A program made the position numbers and the translations under genes. Under the pieces are notes generated by a model. The model had not been told where the DNA came from. It worked only from the letters and a program-made list of their open reading frames with translations, and ran no database searches. Shown here in pieces: positions 25,501 through 37,750 of a DNA stretch of 64,000 nucleotides (within the stretch, counting starts at the first letter, position 1; each line of letters starts with the position of its first letter). The stretch covers positions 310,496,001 to 310,560,000 of the forward strand of contig OZ024741.1 in the NCBI GenBank assembly GCA_964016885.1, in the 5' to 3' direction. Source of the stretch: Eledone cirrhosa (lineage: Eukaryota).

Positions 25501-27074
25501 TGTCCTAGCCCGTCAGCATTCATCTCCTCAGTGGCCGTATCTCTGTTCCAGGTATTATTTATCTCAGTATTCAGATCATTGTCTGCTTCGGGTGGTTCCT
25601 CCGTTCTCAGGACCTCCTCACCTTCATTTCCCGCCGGCTCGCTTGTCTGGCATACTACACCCGCCATCTCCAAGCCATTCTCTCTGCTCAGTTCCTCCAG
25701 TTCCAGCTCGCTTATCCACCCATTAGTTCTTATTACCCGAGCCTGCCCGGCCAATTTTTGTTCATCTAATTTAAATAAACCAATCTCGTTCCAGATGTTA
25801 TGCATCCGTCTCCTGTAGCCCCTCTCCTTGGGGTTACTTTTCAGGTAGCATTGCATAACAGTTCTATTCAATTCTTTCGTCCAGTTGGTTCTGGCCCCTT
25901 TCCTTCTTCTTCTTCCTCCAACATCAGCAGTATTTGGTTGACAGTCAGGTTCCTGCTGCTGAGCCAGGGGGCACCTGTTGGGTGAGAGTCTGTCACATGA
26001 CGTTCTAGTCTCCATTTCACCGTTATTCGAACTGTTTATGTTCGATATTTAAACACTCTTATCGAGGATTGGCGAATGTATGTTTACATAGCCATCTGTG
26101 GATCCGCCATCCCACTTGGCCCTTGTGTGGCATTATCACCACGCTGTATACGGACACACATAAACAAACAAACACACGGGCAGAAAGGGCCCCAAAAATG
26201 AATAAGCATAAGTTTCATTGTAATGTAGTATTCGAATGTCTGACTTAGTTTTTGTTTTTTAAGTTTTACTTTTTCCCCCCTCCTCTCTGTCCGTCCGCCT
26301 GCTTCTCTCTTCATTCTTATTTTCTTTACGTTTTTGGGGTTTCTTTTTTTGTTTTTGTTTTTCTCTGTTTTTCTCGTTTTTTACTGTTGTTGCTGTGCTG
26401 CTTTTGTTGTTTGTTTTTTCTTTTTTCTTTTGAGTCTATCTATATATTTTGATGCTTTCCTCTTTGTTAGTAGTAGGAATTCTATAATGTGGAAGTGGTA
26501 GCCAGCAGAGACTGGCGGCGTTGGCGATACTGAGACAGTGGTGGTGGTGATGTCGATACCGAGGCAGTGGTGGCGGTGATGCGACCGTATTACTGTAGTG
26601 ATGGTGCTGTAGCGGTGGCAGCAGCAGTGAAGGAGTCAAGGGGTGGTGGCGGCGGTGATGGGATAGTGGTGGTAATGATGGCCGTAGTGAGCGGTGGCGG
26701 TGAAGGTGAAAATGCTGTTGTGTTTAGTGTACACAGATGATGGGGTGGGTGGTGTATCTAGTTTCTGGTGTTGGTGAGTTTAGCTGTCCTATATAGTGTA
26801 GCCAGAGGAGAGGAGGGGGGGGGGTTCTTCTTCTTCCATTTATAGCCATTTTTTTTTTTTTGGATATACAGTGTACAATACAAAGTTGAATATTTGAATA
26901 TTTGAGCCTTATAACAATATATTTTGGGTCCGAATTTTTTTGGGGCTCAAGCCGGGTGCTTTACGTAGCATTTGTACTAAGAGTTGTTATTTCACAAATG
27001 ATTTAAATATGTTAAAAATTCAAAACTTACGGGAGCGATTTCATGACCTCCGTCACCTCGTGCGTCTTCTTCCC
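22551..27074 (-). mobile_element. R4/Dong-like RLE element, family A, full length (~4.5 kb)
   Basis: ~1.06-kb 5' leader, single RT-CCHC-RLE ORF, short 3'UTR; (TTA)n on both sides. Dong-type elements are known (TAA)n specialists. Confidence 0.93.
22631..26015 (-). pseudogene. Family A polyprotein (N-terminal domain, RT, CCHC, PD-(D/E)xK endonuclease), two frameshifts
   Basis: [67 protein letters not shown]; shifts near 24630 and 24165. Confidence 0.92.

Positions 27075-27122
<48 letters not shown>
27075..27122. repeat. (TTA)n microsatellite target/spacer
   Basis: Pure TTA tract. Confidence 0.98.
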
Positions 27123-27123
<1 letters not shown>

Positions 27124-28014
27124 AGCTGCATTTATCTTGCTTTATGTTCATACGAGTTACCACCAAGTCACAACCAGTGACCTCAAGAGACAACAAGGTC
27201 CGCCATGTTCAAGAAAGAACATACATACTCACACATGCATCTTTAGGTGTTTAGACTTGTGATGTACTTATATTGACACAATCTTCCTTAGTATATGGGC
27301 AGTTCCCATTAGTACTATCTTTTGTATTTCTCCTATACGCGGGTTTCCTGGGATTTGCGATAAGTAATCATTAGACCCCTTAGATATCATTCCTAGAGCG
27401 CCTACAACCACTGGTATGGTTTTAGTTCTCAATTTCCACATTTTTCCAATTTCTATCTCCAGGTCCTTATACTTGCTCAATTGTTCAAATGTTTTTATAG
27501 ATACATTCTTGTATATTGGAACGGACATATCAATTAGCAGGCATACCCTCTTTTTAAAGTCCTTCAATATTATATCAGGTCTATTTGAATCTATCTTTCG
27601 GTCTGTTTGGATGCTAAAGTTCCACAAGATTGAGATGTGATCTTTTTCAAGTATGGGAGGTGGTTGATGCTCCCACCAATTCTTTTGATGGGGCAGGTCA
27701 AAATGCTTACATATTATCCAATGTATGTATTGTGTAGCTCTGTCATGCCTGTTTAGGTATTCGGTTGGAGCTATAGGACTGCACATTGAAATTATATGGT
27801 CAATGGTCTCTGGTTGTTTTTTTATATACACGGCATAATGGGCTGCATCCATTTTTTATTATGTTGGCTTGGTAATTTTTTGTTGGCAGACACTGATCTT
27901 GTGCTGATATAATCAGTCCTTCAGTCTCCGATTTCAGTCCAGAGGATGCCAACCACTGATGGGTTAAAGTTTTGTCAACATCAGGATTGTTAGCTCGTTC
28001 TGGGTATTTTCCAT
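27123..28014 (-). mobile_element. Family B RLE element, 5'-truncated fragment
   Basis: Matches ~8639-9528; ORF 27268..27852; TTA on both sides. Confidence 0.92.
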
Positions 28015-28230
28015 TTATTATTATTATTATTGAATGCTATGGTTGACGGAAGCTCGGCTCTGTAAGGTATTGTAAATTTTGACCGCTAAAACAATTGTAA
28101 ATTGTTTAAAACTTTAACCAAATTGTAGACAAGTGAGAGGGGTCTTTCTGCCCGTTATTTGGCCCTTCGGGGTTAAATAACCGCTTATTGGGGTTTTGTG
28201 CCCAATATTTATTTTAAACAAAAAAAAAAC

Positions 28231-30378
28231 ATGGCTACGAAAAAGAATTTTCATAGGTCCCTCCCACTCATTCCGTCTTCTTCTTCCTCAATCGTCACTA
28301 CAGCAGAGAGAAGATTGTCTCTCTCCCTCCCTTCTCTAAATGTGTCTCTCTCCATCCCTTCTCTTTCGCAAGCGACGCCAGAAAAGAAAAATCACGTGCA
28401 AAGCGTGCAAGATTTCTCCACAACGACAACGACGAAAAAGGTGTGCGGGAAATACGAAAACCCATTTCATTCGTCTGACGTCATGAATAATAGCAGTTAG
28501 CAGCCGTAATAACAGCAGCAGCAGCAGCAACAGTGACAAGGAAAACAACAGTAGCAACCGCAACAGCATCAGCAGCAGCATAAACAACAACAGCATTAGC
28601 AGCAACGGCAACAACAACAGCAGCAGCAGCAGCAGCAGCAGCAACAATAACAACAACCACAGCAACAGCGGCGGCAGCAGTAGTCGTAGTACCTGCAGCA
28701 ACAACAAAAGTAACAGCAGCTCTGACGACAACAACAACAACAACAGCAGCAAAGAAAAACCAATCTCGTTTGCAGGTATCGCAAAGAACCTGGAAACCAT
28801 CCTCATAACAAATGAGGAATTAGAGGAAGCGAAGAAGATGGTGACGAAAACCGGACACCGAGCAATCTGCAAGGCAGCCGAACATTTTTTCGAAACACAA
28901 CAGCACTGTACGGTCACGTACCGTACAGTAAGCACAAAATCCCGTAGGGTTGAAAGAGCCACAGAGGCTCAAATACAAAAAGCCTTGGGGTCTGTGTGGC
29001 AGCGGAAAACGCACATCACCCGAGGCAAGAAATATGCCACCGTAGACGTGCTTTTTTCCACACCCCAGGAGGCAGAGGCTCAATCCTTAGTGACATTAAG
29101 GAGCGAGGAAATGGTGTTGGTGCCCTCCTACTGCGGGCAAACATTTGTGAGGGTCAAACTGACCCACGTCCCCCCCCCCCGGGATGGCCCCTTCTTGGCT
29201 GGCCGCGTCTGTCCTCGTCGGAATCGAGGACATAACAACTGTACTGCAAGTACAGAAAAAAGCAAGAGAAGATTGGGTCGGCACCTCCATTGAGATGTTA
29301 TCCAAACCAACCAGGAGTGCATCGAAGCTATCCCGGATGTGATAGACTTCGATAACGGCACTCAACTGCCCATAAGTGTTGAGGGCAAACGCCCGAAATG
29401 CTTTCGCTGTGGATCGAAGACTCACCTCAGGGCCTTCTGCAACGAGAAGACCCTGAGAAAGGAGAAAACCCCCTCCTTCCGAAACCGGGTCCACGGCTAT
29501 CAGCAACAGGACAAGCGGCAACCAGGAACGATAGGTCCGTGGCACCCATACCCGCTCACGAAAATCAAAAACAGCAGCAGCAGTGGAAGTATTAACAACA
29601 ACAACAGTAATACCAAATGCAGCTGCAACAGGGACTCCAGTGCAAACATCACCAACAGCAACAAGTGAAAGAGTGGAGCTGGTACCCCTCCCCGACCTCA
29701 CAGAATCAGACATGGAGTGTGAGGTGGGAGAGGGATGGCAAAAGGTCGTAAGAAGGCACAAACGCAGAAGCAGCGCATCGTCGCCTTCGAAAAGGGAGAA
29801 AAGAAATGAAAAAAGAGTAAAGGCTACTGCAAAGAGACTCACAGCAGCAACACAACCAGCACCATCACCACCCACACTAGCACCACCATCACCACCGGCG
29901 ACAACCCCACCGCCAACTACAACAACACCTTCAACACCACCACCACAAGCCACAACATCGCAAACATAACAACAAAACACACACACCCAGCAACAACGAC
30001 AAGAAAATAGCAGAACCATACCCCACCCCCAGAAAAACAAATGCACGGCAATAAATACACACAAGAAACTAATGACTTACATAATTGAACACAGACATTT
30101 CACAGCACGACTACATAATACCAGCACCAATCAAAACGCCAACTAACATAAGACGGCTAAAAATAGCACAGAAACAATACACAAACACTAAAACGAAATT
30201 CCCCAACGCAGTTGGTGATTTCAGAGACCTAGGAGAGACTCGCAACCGGAGAGTATATTCGGACATACTGATAGAAGAGCCGACGACCAGCCGAAGGGAC
30301 GATTCAACGGTCCCTTCACCAGACGATCAAGTGAAAAGGGTTGGAAAAACCATCCTTCCTCTACGAAAAGTACGGTAA
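28231..30378 (+). pseudogene. T4 ORF1, disrupted
   Basis: Ser/Asn-rich N-terminus, TVTYRTVSTKSRRVERATEAQIQKAL, CFRCGSKTHLRAFC knuckle. Confidence 0.85.
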
Positions 30379-30413
30379 ATGGTCTTTCCCATCTTTTCCA
30401 CTCTATTTTAAAC

Positions 30414-33400
30414 ATGACCTCACTCAGAATAGGCAGCATAAATGCGCGTGGCTTGGGGTCGTCATGGAAGCAGGGTCACCTGCTCAACGACCTCAGGTCA
30501 CTAAACATAGATGTAGTGGCCACCAGCGAGACCAGAATCTCCGAAGCACGGGCCTTCGCACCTATCTTCGGCGGCTACGATGCGTACGCATCTCCCAGCC
30601 GTCCTGGATCGGGGGGAGGAGTTGCTGTGCTTTTTCGGAGAGGTTTGGATCTCGCCATACGGGCCATCTTCCTGGACCCAGAGGGTAAGTTGGTGGTGCT
30701 GGACGTGACCAGCGGAGACAGGCAAGCTTTCAGGCTAGTGGCCGTCTATGCCCCGACAGGAGCAGGGCGGCCTGATTTCTTCCGGCGTCTGGAGACCTTT
30801 CTTGGAACGTCCCGCTCTTTAGTGTTAGTGGGGGATTTCTTCCGGCGTATGGAGACCTTTCTTGGAACGTCCCGCTCTTTAGTGTTAGTGGGCGATTTCC
30901 CGAATGTGCCAATGTGGACTTGGACAAATCGCGTAGGGTCATCCAGATAGAGTATTTTGTAGGAAAATAGATAGCTCTAGCATAGGCTGTCCACAATTCA
31001 AGATAGTCAGCTACAAAGACCACAAATTCGTGATCTGTGTGCTTGACTTAGATAGGCTTCATAGACGAGGACCCGGCTACTGGAAGCTAAACGCGTCCTT
31101 ACCAGCGCGCAAGGCCTACAGAGACCGGATTAGCGAACTAGTTAAGCGGGCGTTGACGGGGGCCATCGTCAACAACAAGTGGTGGTTTGCTCTGAAAAGA
31201 GCAATTAGAATAGAGTCCATTAGGTTTAGTAAGACTTTAGCAATAGAGAAAAATAGAGCAGAGGGAGAACTAGTTAGAAAATTAGACGAAGCGCTTAGCA
31301 AAGGCATCGCGACCGATGTGATTGCGGCGAAATTGGCCCTTGACCAATTCTTCAATGCAAAGCACGAAGGCTGCGTTGTCAGAGCTAGGGTGCGTGCTCT
31401 CAGACACGAGGGGACGAAAGCCGTTCAATGGGCCCGAGTGGCGGAGGCGCGTCGTGGCAACAAAGCTATGATCCGGTCTTTGGTGGACCACGACGGGCGC
31501 TATGCTACTCGATCCCCGGCAAATGTGTGCATCTTTTCAGCGACACTTCGCTCAGCTGTTCGGGGGCAGCGGTGGGCCGGGTCGAGGAATGGACTTTAGT
31601 GTCTACCTCGACGGACTGCCGCGGCTCTCGGCCACTGAGGCGGAGTGTTGCGAAAAGCCGATAACAGCCGCTGAAGTACGGGAGGCAATGACTGGCTGCA
31701 CAATGGGTAAATCGCCTGGTTTGGATGGTCTGCCCTATGAACTTTACGTACAGATGCCAGACTTGTTCGGTGACCTCTTGGCGGACGTCTACTGCAACTG
31801 GCAACAGAATGGGAGAATTCCCAGCTCTGTGAGCCGAAGAGCGGTGGAACTGCTGAGAAAGGATCCGAACAAGGGGCATAACATAGATAATTTCAGGCCC
31901 ATAACACTGCTAAACACAGAGTTCAAGATTTTGGCCAAGGTGCTAGCAAAGAGGTTGGTGCTTGTCGTTGGTGGTCTAGTGGGAGAGGCGCAGACATGCG
32001 CCATTCCCGACAGATCCATCCACGGCAACCTCCACCTCATGCGATAAATCGTAGAGAGGGTAGCTAGGGAACCTGGCACGGGTGGGTCCTTGATCAATTT
32101 AGATCAGTCGAAAGCTTTCGATAGGGTCGACCATCGTTACCTAGCGGCAGTCCTGAGGGCGGCTGGCTTTGGGCCCGTCTTCAGAGGCTGGATCGCTGCC
32201 ATGCACAGCGACATTGCTCTGTGGTGAGAGTGAACGGTCACCTTTCAGAACCGTTCAACATCATGCGCTCGGTCCGCCAAGGATGTCCCCTCTCGTCCCT
32301 CTTGTACGTATTGACTCTCGAGCCATTACTGCACAAACTGGAGACGTTGAGGGGCGTCCCGCGCGAACTAGGATGCGGAAGATCCGTGTCAGCATATACG
32401 GACGATGTCACCGTAGTGGTGTCGAACGCCAAACACATCGAGGCGATCGGCACTACATTAAGAGAATACGAAGCGGTGACAGGAGCAATGATCAACCAGG
32501 AAAGGTCTGTGGGCCTGCAGCTCTGCACCTGGAGAGGCAGGTCCATGCCGTCCAACAGCGTCGTCGGACGCTGGACGGACCGGTTAAATTGCTCGGGGTC
32601 TATTTCGGTCCGGACCTCCAGACGGACAAAAACTGGGACGAGGTGACGAGCAGGGTGGCTTCTCACCCAGAAATGGGCGGAGAGGAAGCTATCCTTGAAA
32701 GGTCGATCGGAGGTGGCTAACGCGTACATTGCGTCTGTCATCTGCTACCGCCTGACCGTCGTACATTCTCCTAAGCCCCGCCTGACTGCGCTGGAGCGTT
32801 TGCTCTTTCGATTTTTGTGGAATGGACGCGCTCCGATAGTCAGGCGGTCCATCTGCTGTCAACACCCGCTACGTGGAGGGCTACGAATGCCGTGGCTGAT
32901 GATGCGCAGACACGCGCTCAGGCTACGACATCTCCACCTCTTCCTCGACGGTGATCAGGTGTGGTCGCCGTTTGCTAGACACGTATTTCCCCAGCTCGTT
33001 TCCTTGACGGAGCTGCAGTCCTGGGTCAAGCGAAGACCGAGAGGGAGCGCCTGGAGACTGGGATGTCTTCAGGCGCTCACAGCCCTCGACCAATCGGGCA
33101 ATGTGATCGGTGGAAACTCCACCTCGGCGTTCTATAAACGATTAGTGGAGGGGAAGAGCGACGATGTACTTGGGGAAACTCTAGGCGTTGACGAAAATCA
33201 ACTAGCCAATCTCTTCGGAAGAACTTTCGGGCCGGGACCTATGAACAACTTCCAGAAATCTCTGGCCTGGGAGTGCTACCGAGGAGCCTTGCCAGTTCGG
33301 GATAAACTCTACAGGCATAGAGGTGCCGTCAGCCGGGCATGTCCGAATGCGCGCAGGGCGACGAAACCGTCCTGCACGCACTCGTCCAGTGTCCGAAAAT

Positions 33401-33641
33401 TGCTGACTTGTGGGTTTATGTCGAACACCTGCTGTCGCATGTAGGATGGATCCGGCTACCATCTGAGTCCATCGTCAGGATTGCCCCGCCCCCTTCCTTT
33501 AGCCGGGAAGGGCAGGCAGTTTAGAAATGGAAAATCAGAGTAGAGAGTGAAGTGCTCTCTTCCCAGCATTTTGTTGAAAGATGGGTGAGAGAAACAAGAA
33601 TGGCCCGAGTGAATGGGCCTACTCTGAGTACGTATATGTAA
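30414..33641 (+). pseudogene. T4 ORF2, disrupted
   Basis: APE/RT motifs near-identical to T2; 60-bp duplication, deletions, frameshifts, YTDD. Confidence 0.92.
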
Positions 33642-33889
33642 ATTAAAGGTGGAAAACTGGGAGAGGGCACTTGCCTTGGTGGTCAGGGTCACTGTGGTCT
33701 TTTACTGGGCTTTCTCCACAAATGTCCCTCCGAAGTCTCCCCCCTATTGGGGAATTTTTCATTGTTATTTGTTTGTTACATCCTCTGTTTTTGTTTTTTA
33801 CACGCAGAAATGCCCATTAGTACCCCCTGTATTGTCCTGCACTGTCCTTAATGTCTACTTTATGTAAACCCTTGTGGTTAATAAAGAAA

Positions 33890-33927
<38 letters not shown>

Positions 33928-33932
33928 ATTAT

Positions 33933-36688
33933 TTGTGATCCGTAAGACAGATTCAGAGAGAAGGACCTGGTTACTGGAAGCTGAACGCGTTTTCCCCGGC
34001 GCGCAAAGCCTACAGAGACGAGATTACCGTATTATAGTTAAGCGGGCGTTGACGGGAGCGGTCGTCAACAACAGGTGGTGGTTTACCCTGAAAAGCGCAA
34101 TTAAAGTAGAATCGATTAGGTTTAGCAGATGTGTGAGGCTTTTCAGCAGCACTTTGCTGAAATGTTCGGCATCAGCGGCGGGCCAGATCGGGGTTTGGAC
34201 TTCAGTGCCTGGAAGTACCTCGACGGACTGCCTCGGCTCTCGACGACGGCAGCACCGTGTTGCGAAAAACCATCAACAGTCGGTGAAATACGGGAATCGA
34301 TGGCTAACTGCACGAAAGGTAAATCGCCAGGTTTGGATGGCCAGCCCTACGAGCTTTATGCCTTTATGCCAGACTTGTTCGGTGACCTCTTGGCAGACGT
34401 CTACTGCAACTGAACGGGAGCATTCCCAGTTTTGTGAGCCGGAGAGCGATGGCGCTGCTGAGAAAAGACCCGAACAACGGGTATATTATCAATAACTTCA
34501 GGCCCATAACTCTGCTAAACGCAGAGTTCAAGATTTTGGACAAGGTGTTAGCAACGAGGTTGGCACTTGTTGTCGAGGGTCTGGTGGTAGAGGCGCAGAT
34601 ATGCGCCATTCCGGACAGATCCATACACGACAACCTCCACCTCATGCGATGCATCATAGAGAGGGTGGTTAAGGAACCTGGCACGGGTGGGGTCCTGATC
34701 AACTTGGATCAATCCAAAGCATTCGATAGGGTCGACCATCGGTACATGGCGGCGGACTTCAAGGCAGCCGGTTTCGAGCCCGTTATCAGGGGTTGGATAG
34801 CGGCGATGTACAGCGACATATGCTCAGTTGTGAGTGTGAACGGTCACCTGTCGCAGCCTTTCAGCATCATGCGCTCGGTCTGCCAGGGTTGTCCCTTCTG
34901 GTCCCTCTTGTACCTATTGGCTCTCGAGCCGTTACTGCACAAACTGAGGGTCATGAGGGGCGTCCCACGCGAACTAGGATTCGGGAAATCCGAGTTGGCT
35001 TACACCGACGACATCACCGTGTTGGTGTTGTGCAACAGACACGTCCAGTTGCTCGGCACCGCTCTCAAGGAATACGAAGCGGTGACAGGAGCAAATATAA
35101 ACCAGGAAAAGTCGGCATCTGGAGAGGCAAGTCCATGCCGTCCGACAGCGTCGTGGGGCGTTGGACGGACGGACCGGTTAAATTGCTCGGGGTCTGGTTC
35201 GGACCGGACCTCCAGATGGAGAAAAACTGGAGCGAAGTGACGAGCAGGGTGGCCTCCCTCACCCAGAAATGGGCTGCGTGGAAGCTGACCCTGAAAGGCC
35301 GGGCGGAGGTGGCGAATGCGTACATCGCGGTACGCATTCGGCGGTGAGGAGGTAACAGATAACGGATATGGGCATCACATCCGTTATCTGTTACCGCCCC
35401 ACCGTCGTCCCTTGCCCCCGCCCCACTCTCACCAAAATGGAGCGCCTCCTCTTCCGCTTTTTTTGGAAGGGACGCGCTACCATGGTGAGACGATCCATCT
35501 GCTGTCAACACCCGTTGCATGGAGGATGGGGCATGCCATGGCTGATGATGCGCAAACATGCGCTGAGACTGCGACATCTCTGGTACTTCCTTGACGGTGA
35601 ACAGGTGTAGTTGCCGTTCGACAGGTACGTTTTCCCACAGCTCGTCTCATTGACGGAACTGCAGTCCTGGGTCAGGAAAAGACCGCAGGATAGCGCTTGG
35701 AAACTGGAATGTCTCCAGGCGCTCACTGCCCTCTGTCAGCTGGGCACCAGTATCGGTGGAACATCCACCTCGGCGTTCTATAGAGGACTAGTGGAGGGGA
35801 AGAGCGACGACGTTCTCGGAGAGATCCTGGGCGTCGAAGAAAATCAGCTCTCTTCCTGAGAACTTTCAGGCCAGGGCCTATGGATAACTTCCAGAAATTC
35901 CTGCCTGGCAGTGCTACCGGGGAGCTTTGCCGGTTCGAGATAAGCTCTACAGGAACGGAAGTGCCGTCAGCCGAGCCTGTCCGAGATGCGCGCAGAGCGA
36001 CGAAACCGTCGTGTACGCACTCGTTCAGTGCCCGAGCATTGCTGATTTGTGGAGCTATGTCGAACAGTTTCTGTTGTGTGTAGGACTGATCCGGTTATCG
36101 ACTGAGTCCATTGTGCAGATGGTCTCGCCGTCTTCCTTTGAGGAGGAAGGGCAGGCGGTTTTCATCTGTCTGGTGGCCATGGTGAAAGAGATTGTGTGCT
36201 GGACAAGGTTGAAAGGGTTAAAGATAGACACTTTCCTCTTCGGCGAATCCCTGATTAACTTTTTCAAGTTTCACTTGAAGAAGAAAATCAGGGTGGAGAG
36301 GCAAGTGCTGTCTTCTAGCAAGTTTGTTGAAAGGTGGGTGAATGTAGCGAGAATAGTCCGAGTGAATATACGCTTGTAGTTCGAGGAATGGGAAAAAATT
36401 GAGAGAAGGCGCTTGCCCTGTTGGTCAGGGTGGCCGTGGTCTTTTGTGTGGTTTTCGCCACGAGTAACCCTCGGAGGTTTCCCCCCTATTGGGGAATTTT
36501 TCATTGTTTGAATTTTCATTTTTATTGTTTATATATATAATGATTCTATGTCTTTTTTTCTTTTTCGTTTCTTATATAAACAATAAAATTATTTACACGC
36601 ACAAAACCCACACCGTACCGTCCTGTACCTTCCTGTGCCGCCTGTAATGTTTTTCTTGATGTCAGCCCTTGTGGCCAATAAGGAAATC
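33933..36688 (+). mobile_element. Tx1-like element T5, 5'-truncated (RT to 3' end)
   Basis: ORFs 34129-36379 with RT and CPRC..H..C motifs; 3'UTR similar to T3; TTA on both sides. Confidence 0.9.
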
Positions 36689-36712
36689 ATCATTATTATT
36701 ATTTATAGATAA

Positions 36713-36909
36713 GGGCGGTGGATTGGCAGTTTCGGTAGAGGGTCGGACGCCATGCTTTGCAGCAAAGAGTTACGGCTCTTTATGGTCTGAGTTCAAATCC
36801 CGCCGAGGTTAACTTTGCCTTTAATCTTTACGGGGTCGATAAAATAAAGTACCAGCAATACACTGGAATAATTGCTGACGTTGTGCCAAAAGTAGAAACA
36901 ATTATTATT
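36713..36909 (+). mobile_element. tRNA-derived SINE
   Basis: A-box-like TGGCAGTTTCGG, B-box GAGTTCAAATCCC, body CTTTGCCTTTAATCTTTACGGGGTCGATAAAATAAAGTACC, TTA tail; resembles octopus SINEs from memory, not from a search. Confidence 0.75.
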
Positions 36910-37750
36910 TATAGATAATTTCTTTCTCTGTGATATGTAAAGGTATTATTCTTTTAAAGTTACTTAGTTTTGCAATCGTTAGACCTGAAAACAATTTTCT
37001 TTAATTCGATTCCCATATAATATTAAATTTTTCTACTTTTACTTACTAAATATATAGTAACTTTCTAATATATAGAATGTCTTACATGAATTACCTCTCC
37101 TTTTTTATTTTGTTTTAACCCTTTTTTATTTTTTCAGGAATCATTTTTATAAATTCCATGCTAAGATGGATGATTTGTACTCTTGATGGTATATGACTTT
37201 GACTCCTCTATTCAACTATGTGGTGCTTTAGATGATATGTCTTGAGTGCCTAATTGATAATATCTCCCTCTATATTGGAATGTTTACTTTGATGATTATA
37301 TTTATTTACTCAATATTACAATAGCTCCTTTGGACATTTTGAAAAATAATTATTATTACGACTGTATTATGTAGTCGAACTTATAGTCTTGCATCTGTCT
37401 GTAATCCCACGCCATGCTACGAGTACATGTAAACTTTTTAAAATGTATTTTAAAATATATTTTTGAATACATTAAAAAAAAAATGTTTTGAGATGTAATT
37501 TTAGCTTTATATTTCAATTGCATGCCTTCTCTTATTAACTTTATTAACTTTCTTAACTACTCATGATATATGTTTTTCACTGTACTTAAATCATCTGTAA
37601 CATCATGTTTTTTAATTTTTTTAAATGTTATTCCTTTATCTGGTCCTAATTTTTATTGCATTTATCTGCTCCTATTCTCCATATGCTTTTCCCGCCTCTG
37701 TTACCTTATATAAATGTTTATACTTATGCATATCTAGCACCCCATATTAT

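Larger units (their letters stand above)
28032..33891 (+). mobile_element. Tx1-like element T4, full length, chimeric, inactivated
   Basis: TTA on both sides; ORF1 T3-like, ORF2 and 3'UTR T2-like. Confidence 0.92.

Noticed and set aside
26980-27074. HDV-like 5' ribozyme as in R2/R4 elements
   Set aside because: Could not build the nested double pseudoknot by eye; needs a descriptor search.
2093-36703. Repeat-spacer alternation resembling CRISPR or telomeric arrays
   Set aside because: Repeats are variable-length TTA, spacers are retrotransposons, and there are no cas genes or TTAGGG/TTAGG tracts.
37100-37740. Possible decayed Penelope RT (YFDD-like) upstream of the GIY-YIG relic
   Set aside because: Single short motif in very AT-rich sequence; not supportable without an alignment.
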